From: an uncultured Muribaculaceae bacterium | GTDB lineage: Bacteria > Bacillota_I > Bacilli_A > RF39 > UBA660 | DNA: 32,000 bases | NCBI GenBank assembly: GCA_964384115.1 | Contig: CAYLJU010000005.1 | Span: forward strand, 18,199 to 50,198 | Direction of reading: 5' to 3' | Shown: positions 23,956-32,000 of the stretch, one piece after another | Position numbering within the stretch: the stretch's first letter is position 1 | Layout: each line of letters begins with the position of its first letter | Notes under the pieces: model-generated | Told to the model about the DNA's origin: nothing | Database searches by the model: none | The model's input: the letters and a program-made list of their open reading frames with translations, nothing else | Translations under genes and position numbers: made by a program

Positions 23956-24618
23956 ATGTTTGATAATATAAAAAAAGGATTGTATTTTTCAAAAATGCAA
24001 TTGTTATTTAACAAAGGAATCCAAGAAGGAAAAATAGTTCCTTTTGATGATGAATTTTATGAAAAAATGAGTCATACATTTTTTAATTGTATTCCTATAT
24101 CTATGCACATAAGATATTTAAAACCAATAATGCCTCCAGGTAAGTGTTATGACCGTAGTCTTTTTATGTTCTTTTGTTTTGATGATGCTTTATTAGTTCG
24201 TGGTGATAACAAGGATTTAGAATTAAGATTTGGTAAAGAAAATGCTGGGCATGGATGGATAGAGATGGGGGATTATGTTTATGACCCATCACTAATGATG
24301 AGATTTGAGAGAGATTTATATTACAAAATATATAATCCTACTGATGTGCATAAAGCAACAAAAGAAGATTATCAAAAAGTAAATGGAAGTTATTACGATG
24401 ATGTTAGAAATACAAGTGTTTCAGATTTTCAACCAGGTGGAAGTAAGAGAACTGATTTGTGCGTAAGTATTCCTTTAGTAAGAGGAATTGCTGAATATTC
24501 CACTGATGAAAGATTTAAAAGAGAACTTAATGAATATTTAACTCTAATTCAATATGACGAAAAACAAGTATATGATGAATTAGTTTCTAAATGCAATTTT
24601 GGATTTCAAAAAAAATAA
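23956..24618 (+). CDS. transglutaminase-like/papain-fold Cys-His-Asp protein (paralog B)
   Basis: GKCYDRS ... AGHGWIEMGDYVYDPS resembles the transglutaminase-core pattern HaWvE....DPt. Confidence 0.6.
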   Translation: MFDNIKKGLYFSKMQLLFNKGIQEGKIVPFDDEFYEKMSHTFFNCIPISMHIRYLKPIMPPGKCYDRSLFMFFCFDDALLVRGDNKDLELRFGKENAGHGWIEMGDYVYDPSLMMRFERDLYYKIYNPTDVHKATKEDYQKVNGSYYDDVRNTSVSDFQPGGSKRTDLCVSIPLVRGIAEYSTDERFKRELNEYLTLIQYDEKQVYDELVSKCNFGFQKK

Positions 24619-24707
24619 AAAAATTTTAAGAAATTTTAACATTGCCATTTACTTGCCTAAAAAAATGTGCTAAAATGGTAATATAGGGAAAGTGGAAGTA
24701 ATAGTAA

Positions 24708-24736
24708 AGAGAGATGAAATTTATCTCTCTTTTTTT
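24708..24736 (+). terminator. rho-independent terminator/attenuator upstream of the adhesin gene
   Basis: Perfect 8-bp stem agagagat/atctctct with loop gaaattt, then a T6 run. Confidence 0.6.
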
Positions 24737-24831
24737 GCGTCCAAAATCTCTATTTTTGCTTGAAAAGAAAGGGGATGATAGCAATTTAAAATCTTTTTTA
24801 TTAGTAGTACCAATGATTGAAAGGAGAACGT

Positions 24832-27800
24832 ATGAAGAAAAAAATTGGTAGGAAGTTAAAAAAAGTTTTAAACGTAGTAATGGTAGTAGGAATTTTAATG
24901 TCATCTTTTCCAATTACTCCATTTATACCTAAAGTAAATGCTTTAGCTAGTGTATCAGGAGATAAGATAATTGAAACAGCTATGACTTATCAAGATTGGG
25001 GATATTGGGAAGTTGGTACTTGTACAGGATTAGTCACTCGTACATTAAATAAGTTAGGAATAGGGCAATCTGTTGTAGGTATTCATCCTTACGATATAGA
25101 TAAACCTCAACCAGAGGGTACAGGTGCAAGGTATGCTCCAGATAAAATGTATCAAAATGCTTTAAATCATCCAGAAGATGCACAATACATTTGGTCAGGA
25201 TATGTTAAAGATGTAAAAGCAAATGCTCATTTATTTGAGAATGGAGATTTAGTTTTACAACGTCCAGAAGATAAAGCAAATTATAATGGTAGTGGACACG
25301 CAGCATTAATTCATATATATAATGGGAATATATCTATGTATGGTGCTAATGGTGAAAAGATGGGTATTGGTGATGCAGTAATGGCAACAGGTATTGCCAC
25401 AAGAGGTATTTCATTTAATGTAAATTCAATGGATTATATTCATGTATTTAGATTAACTAAAGCAGAACCAGAATACGCAACAACAACATCAGAAAAATCT
25501 GCACAAGAAGTTGTAGATGTATCATTCTATAAAACTGATCTTGAAACAGGTAAACCTTTATCTGGAGTGGAAGTAGAATTTTATCGTGACGATGTTAAGT
25601 TTGCGACAGGGATAACTGGAGAAGATGGGTATGCTAAAGTCACTTCAACAACAACTTATACATCTTCATCATCACCAAAAACTTATGTCACTAACTGGGA
25701 TGATTTAGGTGAAGAAGAGCAAGCTGAAGTAGATGAAAGAGGTGCTTATCATAATTTAGTGGAAGCACAAGCTGCTGCTGATTCTGAAGCATTAAAGAGT
25801 GCGACTGAAAAAGCATCACAAACTCATAAGTATAGTGTAGTAGAAGTAAAAACTAAAACTAAATATTGGTTAAATCCAGATAATACTACTGATAGTGATT
25901 CTGCAACAGGTAGTGGAAGTATAAGTCTATCTTTATCAAATGAAAGAGTGACAGCTACGGCAATTTTGTTTAAGGAAGATGCCGACGTAGGTTATGCACA
26001 AAATGAAGCTGAAATTGATGGCGCTTTGTATGGATTATACGCTAATGAAAATATTTTAGATCCAGCAGACGGTTCTATTATATATAATAAAGATGAAGAA
26101 ATAACTAGAGTTCGTATAGAAAATGGACAAGCACAGGTTGATGGGCTTTACTTAGGTAGCTATTACTGGCTTGAATTGACTAGTGGAACTGGATATAAAC
26201 TTAATAAGAATAAAGAGGTGTTTACTGTAAATTATTCATCTCAAAATGTAAAAGTAGTGACTTCTAAATCTGTATCAAAAGAAGAAGTAATTACAGCAGA
26301 TTTTGAAATAGAAAAAATTATTACTTCTGGTGATGAATCAGAAATCGTACAAAAAGAAGAGGGAGCAGAATTCATTGTTGTTGCTAAAAAGTATGTTGAT
26401 AAGTATGGTGATATAGAAACTGCTTGGGAACACAGAGATGAATTTACTGACAAAGAGTATGATAAATTAGTCACTAATAAAAATGGTTATGACAAGTCAA
26501 AACAATTGGCTTATGGAAGTTATGTTGGAAAACAAATCAAAGGTAAAATGGATACAGAATTAGTAGAAAACACATTCACTTTTACCGTATCAAAAGAAAA
26601 CCAAGATACAATTAAATATATTATTAACAATCGTCTATTTACTTCTTATGTTAAACTTCAAAAAGTAGATTCAGAAACAGGTAAATTAATCACAGCATCT
26701 AACACAACATTTAAAATTAAAAATGCTGATACTGGTGAATATTTAACTCAAAAAGTTGCTGATACTACTTATGATACTTGGAAGACATCTGATAAAGGAA
26801 TGATTCAATTACCACTAGAAGTAAAAGCTGGAAATTGGATACTTGAAGAAGTAGAAAGTCCTGATAATTATTTAATCAATAAAGAAGGTGTAAGTTTCAA
26901 AGTCACTAACACTAACATTATTGAAACAGATTCTGATGGTGACCCTCTATTAACAGTTGTGATGGAAGATAAAGCTGTAAAAGGTCAAATCAAGGTAGAA
27001 AAATCTGGAGAAGTATTAGTAGGTGTAGAAAAAGATGAAAATGGTAATATTCAATTTATTTATGAAGAAAGACCATTAGCAGATATGGTTGTTTATGTTC
27101 AAGCAGATGAAGATATATTAGATCCTGCTGATAATTCAGTTATCTATAAAAAAGGAGAAGTAGTAGATGTTATTACAACATCTTATACAGGTGAAGGTGT
27201 ATCAAAACTATTACCACTTGGAAATTATATAGTGTATGAATACCAAAGTCCAAATGGAATGTTAATTGATACAACTCAATATAAAGTGTCTTTAGATTTT
27301 ATAGATAATGAAACAGAAGTTGTTATGGAAACTATTTCAATAACAAATGAACGTCAAAAGGTAGAAATAGATTTAACTAAATTAGATTTAGATACTGATA
27401 CAGCACTTGAAGGTGTTGTTTTTGGTTTATATGCAAAAAAGGATATATATGCTCAATATCGTCCAGCTATGGAAAGAAGTTTATATAGACCTGTATTAGT
27501 TGAAGAGGGAACTTTAATTGAAACTGTTGTATCAGATGAAAATGGTAAAGTTCATTTTTCTGCTGATTTACCTATTTCTTTTGATGATGAAACTTATTTT
27601 GAAATTCGCGAATTAAAATCAAAAGAAGGGTATTATGAGAGTAGCGAAATTTTTTCAATAGATACAAAGTACAAAGGACAAAATATTGAAAAAATATCTA
27701 ATAGTCAAACAATCTATAACGAAATAATAAAAAATTATATTTTAGTTAATAAAGTTGACTCATTAACATTAGAAAATATAATTAGTAAAGACTTTAAATT

Positions 27801-28203
27801 TTCAGTATGTAGTGATGCTGAATGTAAAGATGTTATTGCAGAATATAACGCAGATGTAGAAACAGGAACAGCTTTGATTGATATAATATATGGAACAACT
27901 GTATTTATAAAAGAAAGCTCTGCACCTGAAGGATACTTATTAAGTCCAGAAGTAGTAAAAGTAAGTTTAAATTCTGAAGGGCTTTTTGTTAATGATGAAC
28001 TTGTAGAAACAGATGAAGATTTATTATATAGCATTATTTATCAAAATACTTTATTACCAGTAATTCAAGAAGAAGTAGAAGAAGGAGTACAGACTGGTTA
28101 TGATAATAATATGCCTGTATATATCGCTATTAGTGGATTATCATTAGCTGGTGTAATAGCAATAACAATCTCATTATGCAAGAAGAAAAAAAGAAGAAAA
28201 TAA
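24832..28203 (+). CDS. large cell-surface protein: signal peptide, CHAP/NlpC-P60-like Cys-His domain, multiple Cna-B/SpaA-type (prealbumin-fold) domains, C-terminal sorting signal
   Basis: ATG at 24832 after AAAGGAG. GTCTGLV...GSGHAALI. Repeated G.Y.L.E...P.GY modules (YYWLELTSGTGY, WILEEVESPDNY, YIVYEYQSPNGM, FEIRELKSKEGY, VFIKESSAPEGY). VQTG (28087-28098) plus a hydrophobic helix plus KKKKRRK. Confidence 0.85.
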   Translation: MKKKIGRKLKKVLNVVMVVGILMSSFPITPFIPKVNALASVSGDKIIETAMTYQDWGYWEVGTCTGLVTRTLNKLGIGQSVVGIHPYDIDKPQPEGTGARYAPDKMYQNALNHPEDAQYIWSGYVKDVKANAHLFENGDLVLQRPEDKANYNGSGHAALIHIYNGNISMYGANGEKMGIGDAVMATGIATRGISFNVNSMDYIHVFRLTKAEPEYATTTSEKSAQEVVDVSFYKTDLETGKPLSGVEVEFYRDDVKFATGITGEDGYAKVTSTTTYTSSSSPKTYVTNWDDLGEEEQAEVDERGAYHNLVEAQAAADSEALKSATEKASQTHKYSVVEVKTKTKYWLNPDNTTDSDSATGSGSISLSLSNERVTATAILFKEDADVGYAQNEAEIDGALYGLYANENILDPADGSIIYNKDEEITRVRIENGQAQVDGLYLGSYYWLELTSGTGYKLNKNKEVFTVNYSSQNVKVVTSKSVSKEEVITADFEIEKIITSGDESEIVQKEEGAEFIVVAKKYVDKYGDIETAWEHRDEFTDKEYDKLVTNKNGYDKSKQLAYGSYVGKQIKGKMDTELVENTFTFTVSKENQDTIKYIINNRLFTSYVKLQKVDSETGKLITASNTTFKIKNADTGEYLTQKVADTTYDTWKTSDKGMIQLPLEVKAGNWILEEVESPDNYLINKEGVSFKVTNTNIIETDSDGDPLLTVVMEDKAVKGQIKVEKSGEVLVGVEKDENGNIQFIYEERPLADMVVYVQADEDILDPADNSVIYKKGEVVDVITTSYTGEGVSKLLPLGNYIVYEYQSPNGMLIDTTQYKVSLDFIDNETEVVMETISITNERQKVEIDLTKLDLDTDTALEGVVFGLYAKKDIYAQYRPAMERSLYRPVLVEEGTLIETVVSDENGKVHFSADLPISFDDETYFEIRELKSKEGYYESSEIFSIDTKYKGQNIEKISNSQTIYNEIIKNYILVNKVDSLTLENIISKDFKFSVCSDAECKDVIAEYNADVETGTALIDIIYGTTVFIKESSAPEGYLLSPEVVKVSLNSEGLFVNDELVETDEDLLYSIIYQNTLLPVIQEEVEEGVQTGYDNNMPVYIAISGLSLAGVIAITISLCKKKKRRK

Positions 28204-28228
28204 TTCTATTTATTGAAAGGAGCAAACT

Positions 28229-31200
28229 ATGAGAAAAAAATATATTGCTATTGAATGTGAAAATTCAAAGTATTGTAAAGATGTTCCTTATATATCAAAA
28301 AAAGAATTTAGAAAAAAAGAAGACAATATAGTTGTTGGAAAAACTAGATTAAAAAAATATAAATCCAGGTCTGAAGAAAAAGATCTGGATTTATTATTAT
28401 TTGATAATAAAGAGTTTGAAGTAAAAGAAAAAATATTTGGATTTAAGAAAGGATACGTTTTTGTAGGTGATAATAATTATATAACATTGAAAAGGCGTAT
28501 TCCTTTTCTTTTAATATTTTTTGTTATTTTAACTGCTTCTGTTGTATTTGCGTGTACTCATCCTCCTAAACAGAAAGAAGAGAACCCTATTGAACCACCA
28601 GTTCAAAATGAGATAATTATTCCTGATGAAAAGGAAGATGAAGAAGTTGTTAAGGAAGAAGTTAAAGTTGCAAAACCTAACAAAGTAAAACCTTCTCCAA
28701 AACCAGAATCACCAAAAGAATATAGTATTACTTTTGATGCAAATGGTGGATATGGTAAAATGGAATCTATTGTATGTAAAATAGATGATATCTGTACCTT
28801 AAAAGAAAATAAATTTATAAAAGAAGGATATACATTTGTAGGTTGGTCGCAAACAAAAGAAGGTATAGCAAATTTTAAAGATAAAGAAGAATTAGAAAGT
28901 TTGTCTTCTAAAAGTGGAGATATAATTACTCTTTATGCTATTTGGAAAGTTAATTCATATCAAATAACTTTTTTAGATTATGATGAATCTATAATTCAAC
29001 AAAGTGAATTAGATTATGATAGTGAAATTGTTATACCTGAAGATCCGATTAGGAAAGGTTATACATTTACAGGATGGGATAAAGAATTTTCCACAGTAAA
29101 TGAAGAATTAGTTATTACTGCTTTGTATGATATTAATAGTTATGATATATCTTATATATTAAATGGAGGAACACTAAATGATGCACCTCCTAAATATAAT
29201 GTAGAAAGTGAAGATATAATAATACCTTCACCAAATAAAGTAGGTTATACATTTACTGGGTGGACAACGTCAGATAATAGCGAACCTATAATAGATTATA
29301 AAATATCCACAGGTTCTGTTGATAATGTAAATTTAGAAGCTAATTATGATGCTAATTCATATAACTTAATATTTAATTCAAAAGATAATAACGATTCTTT
29401 AATAAAAAGAGAAGTTAAATTTGACTCAGAATATGGTGTATTACCAGTAGTAGAAAAAGATGGTTATATATTTAATGGTTGGAAAAACTCTAATGGTGAA
29501 TATGTATCAAGTGATACTTTATATAATGTTCCTGAAGACATTAATTTATATGCTGAATGGAATTTAATTACTTATGATATTAATTATAATCTTAATGGAG
29601 GAACGCTAAACGAAGCACCTCCTAGTTATACAACTGAAAGTGAAGATATAATAATACCTTCACCAATAAAAGAAGGTTATAACTTTATAGGGTGGACAAC
29701 ACCATATAATAGTAAACCTATAATAGATTATAAAATATCCACAGGTTCTGTTGGTAATAAAGAATTGACTGCTAATTATAAACCTATATCTTATTATATT
29801 TCTTATAATTCATCTGAAGGTCAAGGTGAAATGAAAAAACAAGAATTTATATATAATCAAACATCTAAATTAATTAAGAATCAATTTACAAAAGAAGGAT
29901 ATACATTTGTAGGTTGGTCAACTTCAATTAATGGTGATGTAATATATAAAGATGAAGAAGAAATATATAATTTATCTTCTAAAGATGATGAAGTGATAAC
30001 TTTATATGCTAAATGGGAAATTGTAAAGTTGGATATTAAATATTATGATTTATTTGGAGCATTATTAAAAAGTGAAACTGTTGATTATGGAAATAAATCA
30101 GTAGCTCCTGAAGATCCTTTTATTGATGGTTATACATTTACAGGTTGGAATCCATCTATTGATGTAATAAAAGAGGATACTATATATAAAGCTCAATATT
30201 CTACTAATGAATATACAATTAAGTACAATCTTAATACTGGTAGCAATAATGATGCTAAAGAAATTAAATATAATGTAGAATCTGATGCAATTACATTACC
30301 AACACCAACTAGAACTGGATATACTTTTTTAGGATGGACTGGAAGTAATGGTTTAAAACCTCAATTAGAAGTAGTAATTCGTAAAGGTTCAGTTGGTAAT
30401 AAAACTTATAAAGCTAATTGGACATCTAATCCTTATAAAGTAAGTTTAAATGCTAATGGTGGAGTTGTAGAAGAAGACTATATTATGATTTCTTATAATA
30501 GTTTATATGGTACTATACCATCTCCATCAAGAGTTGGTTATACTTTTGAAGGTTGGTATTATAATGATACATTAATAACTGAAGATAGTTTACAAAACAA
30601 AGAATATGACCATGAGTTAGTTGCTAAATGGAAAGTTATTAATTATGGTATTAGTTATGAGTTGAATGGTGGCTCAGCATCATCTTTAGTAAATATTTAT
30701 AATGTTGAAACAGAAACATTTACTTTACCTATACCTACTAAGAAAGGATATAAGTTTTTAGGATGGACAGGTTCAAATTTAACAACACCATCAACAAGCG
30801 TAAGTATCACAAAAGGTAGTATAGGAGATAAGTCATATACTGCAAATTGGGAAATTATTACTTATAATATTTCTTATGATTTGGGTGGTGGTTCAGCATC
30901 ATCATTAACTAAAACTTATAATGTAGAATCTAATACATTTACATTACCAACTCCAACAAGAACAGGATACACGTTCTTAGGGTGGACTGGAAGTAATGGA
31001 AGTACACCATCAACAAGTATAAGTATTTCAAAAGGTAGTGTAGGAGATAAGTCATATACTGCAAATTGGAAGGTTATTCAATATGATATAACTTATAACT
31101 TGGCTGGAGGTTCAGCATCTCCATTACAAACAAGTTATAATGTTGAAAGTAATTCGTTTACATTACCAACACCTAGTAGAACTGGTTATACATTTACAGG

Positions 31201-31795
31201 ATGGTCTGGTACAGGATTAAGTTCATCATCTAAAAGTGTGACGGTAAGTAAAGGTTCAACAGGCAATAGAAGTTATACTGCGAATTGGACAGTAAATTAT
31301 TACACAGTTAATTATTATGTAAGTGGTTCATTATGGGCAACAAGATCGGTTGCTTATAATTCATCATTAGAAAATTTAAATGCTCAAAGTGCATTAGATA
31401 TTTATCATAAATTTAATTACTGGGAAGGTTGGGTTGATAAGATGCCAACTAACACAGTTAATTTATATGCAAATATAACAGAATCATATTGTATGCTTAT
31501 GACTGGACATGGACCTTATGGAAATGCTGAAGGATTGTTAAATGTATTTAAGTCTGCTGGATGGACAGGAAGAATAGAAGAAGCTCCATCAGCACCAGGA
31601 CAATATTGGGTAGTCACAGATTATACTTTAACAAGAGCTCAAGCAGATATTCAAAAGGATTATATAGCAAACCATACAAATTATAAGAATTATAATTTTC
31701 CTTATCTTTATTGGGTATCTGTTTCATGTACTAATGGTATTGGCGATACTTGGACTAGAAGTTTAGGAACAAAGACATTTACAAGTCAATATTAA
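28229..31795 (+). CDS. type II membrane-anchored protein with about 13 Listeria-Bacteroides repeats (InlB B-repeat/Flg_new type)
   Basis: One TM (IPFLLIFFVILTASVVFA), then reiterated Y.I.F..NGG......Y......LP.P.R.GYTF.GW modules, and a distinct ~150-aa C-terminal domain. Confidence 0.85.
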   Translation: MRKKYIAIECENSKYCKDVPYISKKEFRKKEDNIVVGKTRLKKYKSRSEEKDLDLLLFDNKEFEVKEKIFGFKKGYVFVGDNNYITLKRRIPFLLIFFVILTASVVFACTHPPKQKEENPIEPPVQNEIIIPDEKEDEEVVKEEVKVAKPNKVKPSPKPESPKEYSITFDANGGYGKMESIVCKIDDICTLKENKFIKEGYTFVGWSQTKEGIANFKDKEELESLSSKSGDIITLYAIWKVNSYQITFLDYDESIIQQSELDYDSEIVIPEDPIRKGYTFTGWDKEFSTVNEELVITALYDINSYDISYILNGGTLNDAPPKYNVESEDIIIPSPNKVGYTFTGWTTSDNSEPIIDYKISTGSVDNVNLEANYDANSYNLIFNSKDNNDSLIKREVKFDSEYGVLPVVEKDGYIFNGWKNSNGEYVSSDTLYNVPEDINLYAEWNLITYDINYNLNGGTLNEAPPSYTTESEDIIIPSPIKEGYNFIGWTTPYNSKPIIDYKISTGSVGNKELTANYKPISYYISYNSSEGQGEMKKQEFIYNQTSKLIKNQFTKEGYTFVGWSTSINGDVIYKDEEEIYNLSSKDDEVITLYAKWEIVKLDIKYYDLFGALLKSETVDYGNKSVAPEDPFIDGYTFTGWNPSIDVIKEDTIYKAQYSTNEYTIKYNLNTGSNNDAKEIKYNVESDAITLPTPTRTGYTFLGWTGSNGLKPQLEVVIRKGSVGNKTYKANWTSNPYKVSLNANGGVVEEDYIMISYNSLYGTIPSPSRVGYTFEGWYYNDTLITEDSLQNKEYDHELVAKWKVINYGISYELNGGSASSLVNIYNVETETFTLPIPTKKGYKFLGWTGSNLTTPSTSVSITKGSIGDKSYTANWEIITYNISYDLGGGSASSLTKTYNVESNTFTLPTPTRTGYTFLGWTGSNGSTPSTSISISKGSVGDKSYTANWKVIQYDITYNLAGGSASPLQTSYNVESNSFTLPTPSRTGYTFTGWSGTGLSSSSKSVTVSKGSTGNRSYTANWTVNYYTVNYYVSGSLWATRSVAYNSSLENLNAQSALDIYHKFNYWEGWVDKMPTNTVNLYANITESYCMLMTGHGPYGNAEGLLNVFKSAGWTGRIEEAPSAPGQYWVVTDYTLTRAQADIQKDYIANHTNYKNYNFPYLYWVSVSCTNGIGDTWTRSLGTKTFTSQY

Positions 31796-31807
31796 GGATG
31801 GTGAAAT

Positions 31808-32000
31808 ATGAGAAGAACAGAAAATTTACAAAACGCTATATATAAAACAAAGTATAGAGAGTTATATAAGTTAATATTTACTGCTGATATAGATAGAATA
31901 GTAGATCGTTCTAATTGGTTGCATAGTGGTGAAAAAAATTATGTAGAGATAAATAGACCACTATGGATTGTTCTGGAAAGTAAAAAAATTAATAAAAGAA
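31808..32000 (+). CDS. 5' end of a hypothetical ORF (runs off the window)
   Basis: ATG at 31808 after AAGGATGGTG. Open to the window end (MRRTENLQNAIYKTKYRELYKLIF...). Confidence 0.4.
   Translation, partial: MRRTENLQNAIYKTKYRELYKLIFTADIDRIVDRSNWLHSGEKNYVEINRPLWIVLESKKINKR

Noticed and set aside
24626-24913. A minus-strand 95-aa ORF in the intergenic region before the adhesin gene.
   Set aside because: It overlaps the adhesin start, its RBS and a + strand terminator. The product is low-complexity (F/L/K/S-rich) and the ORF is probably spurious.
28700-31312. Regularly spaced repeats that might superficially suggest a CRISPR-like or satellite array.
   Set aside because: The repeats are 200-220 bp, in frame, and encode the Listeria-Bacteroides protein repeat. 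There is no short direct repeat/spacer organisation anywhere in the window.

Overview
This is a very AT-rich, low-GC Gram-positive (Firmicutes-like) window, and almost every gene is on the + strand. The left edge carries two tandem serS paralogs: 183-1421, whose C-terminus is disrupted, and 1577-2860, which is intact. From about 2.9 to 16.6 kb there is an accessory, mobile-element-like island with no integrase visible in the window. It encodes a winged-helix replication-initiator-like protein, three XRE-type HTH regulators, a MazF/PemK toxin, a cold-shock protein, a sigma-like factor and a secreted CAP-domain protein. The centrepiece is a complete diversity-generating retroelement (DGR): avd (10523-11107), a template repeat (11186-11278), a structured spacer, and a DGR-type reverse transcriptase (11502-12521). 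The cognate variable repeat (12830-12922) differs from the template only at template adenines. It lies near the N-terminus of a 640-aa protein whose C-terminal half is a MoxR/AAA_5-like ATPase. That gene is translationally coupled to a degenerate AAA-like ORF and to a metallopeptidase(HExxH)-vWA protein. A hypermutable ligand-binding head on an ATPase/vWA machine is not the usual phage-tail or surface-lipoprotein DGR target, and it is the most interesting item in the window. Downstream lie a tight cluster of five predicted nucleotide/phosphoester-acting enzymes (16946-20552) and a polytopic membrane protein. These are followed by an ECF sigma/anti-sigma pair, two paralogous transglutaminase-like Cys-His-Asp proteins, and two giant surface proteins: a Cna-B/SpaA-type adhesin with a VQTG-type sorting signal, and a Listeria-Bacteroides-repeat protein. 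I saw no rRNA, tRNA or CRISPR array.
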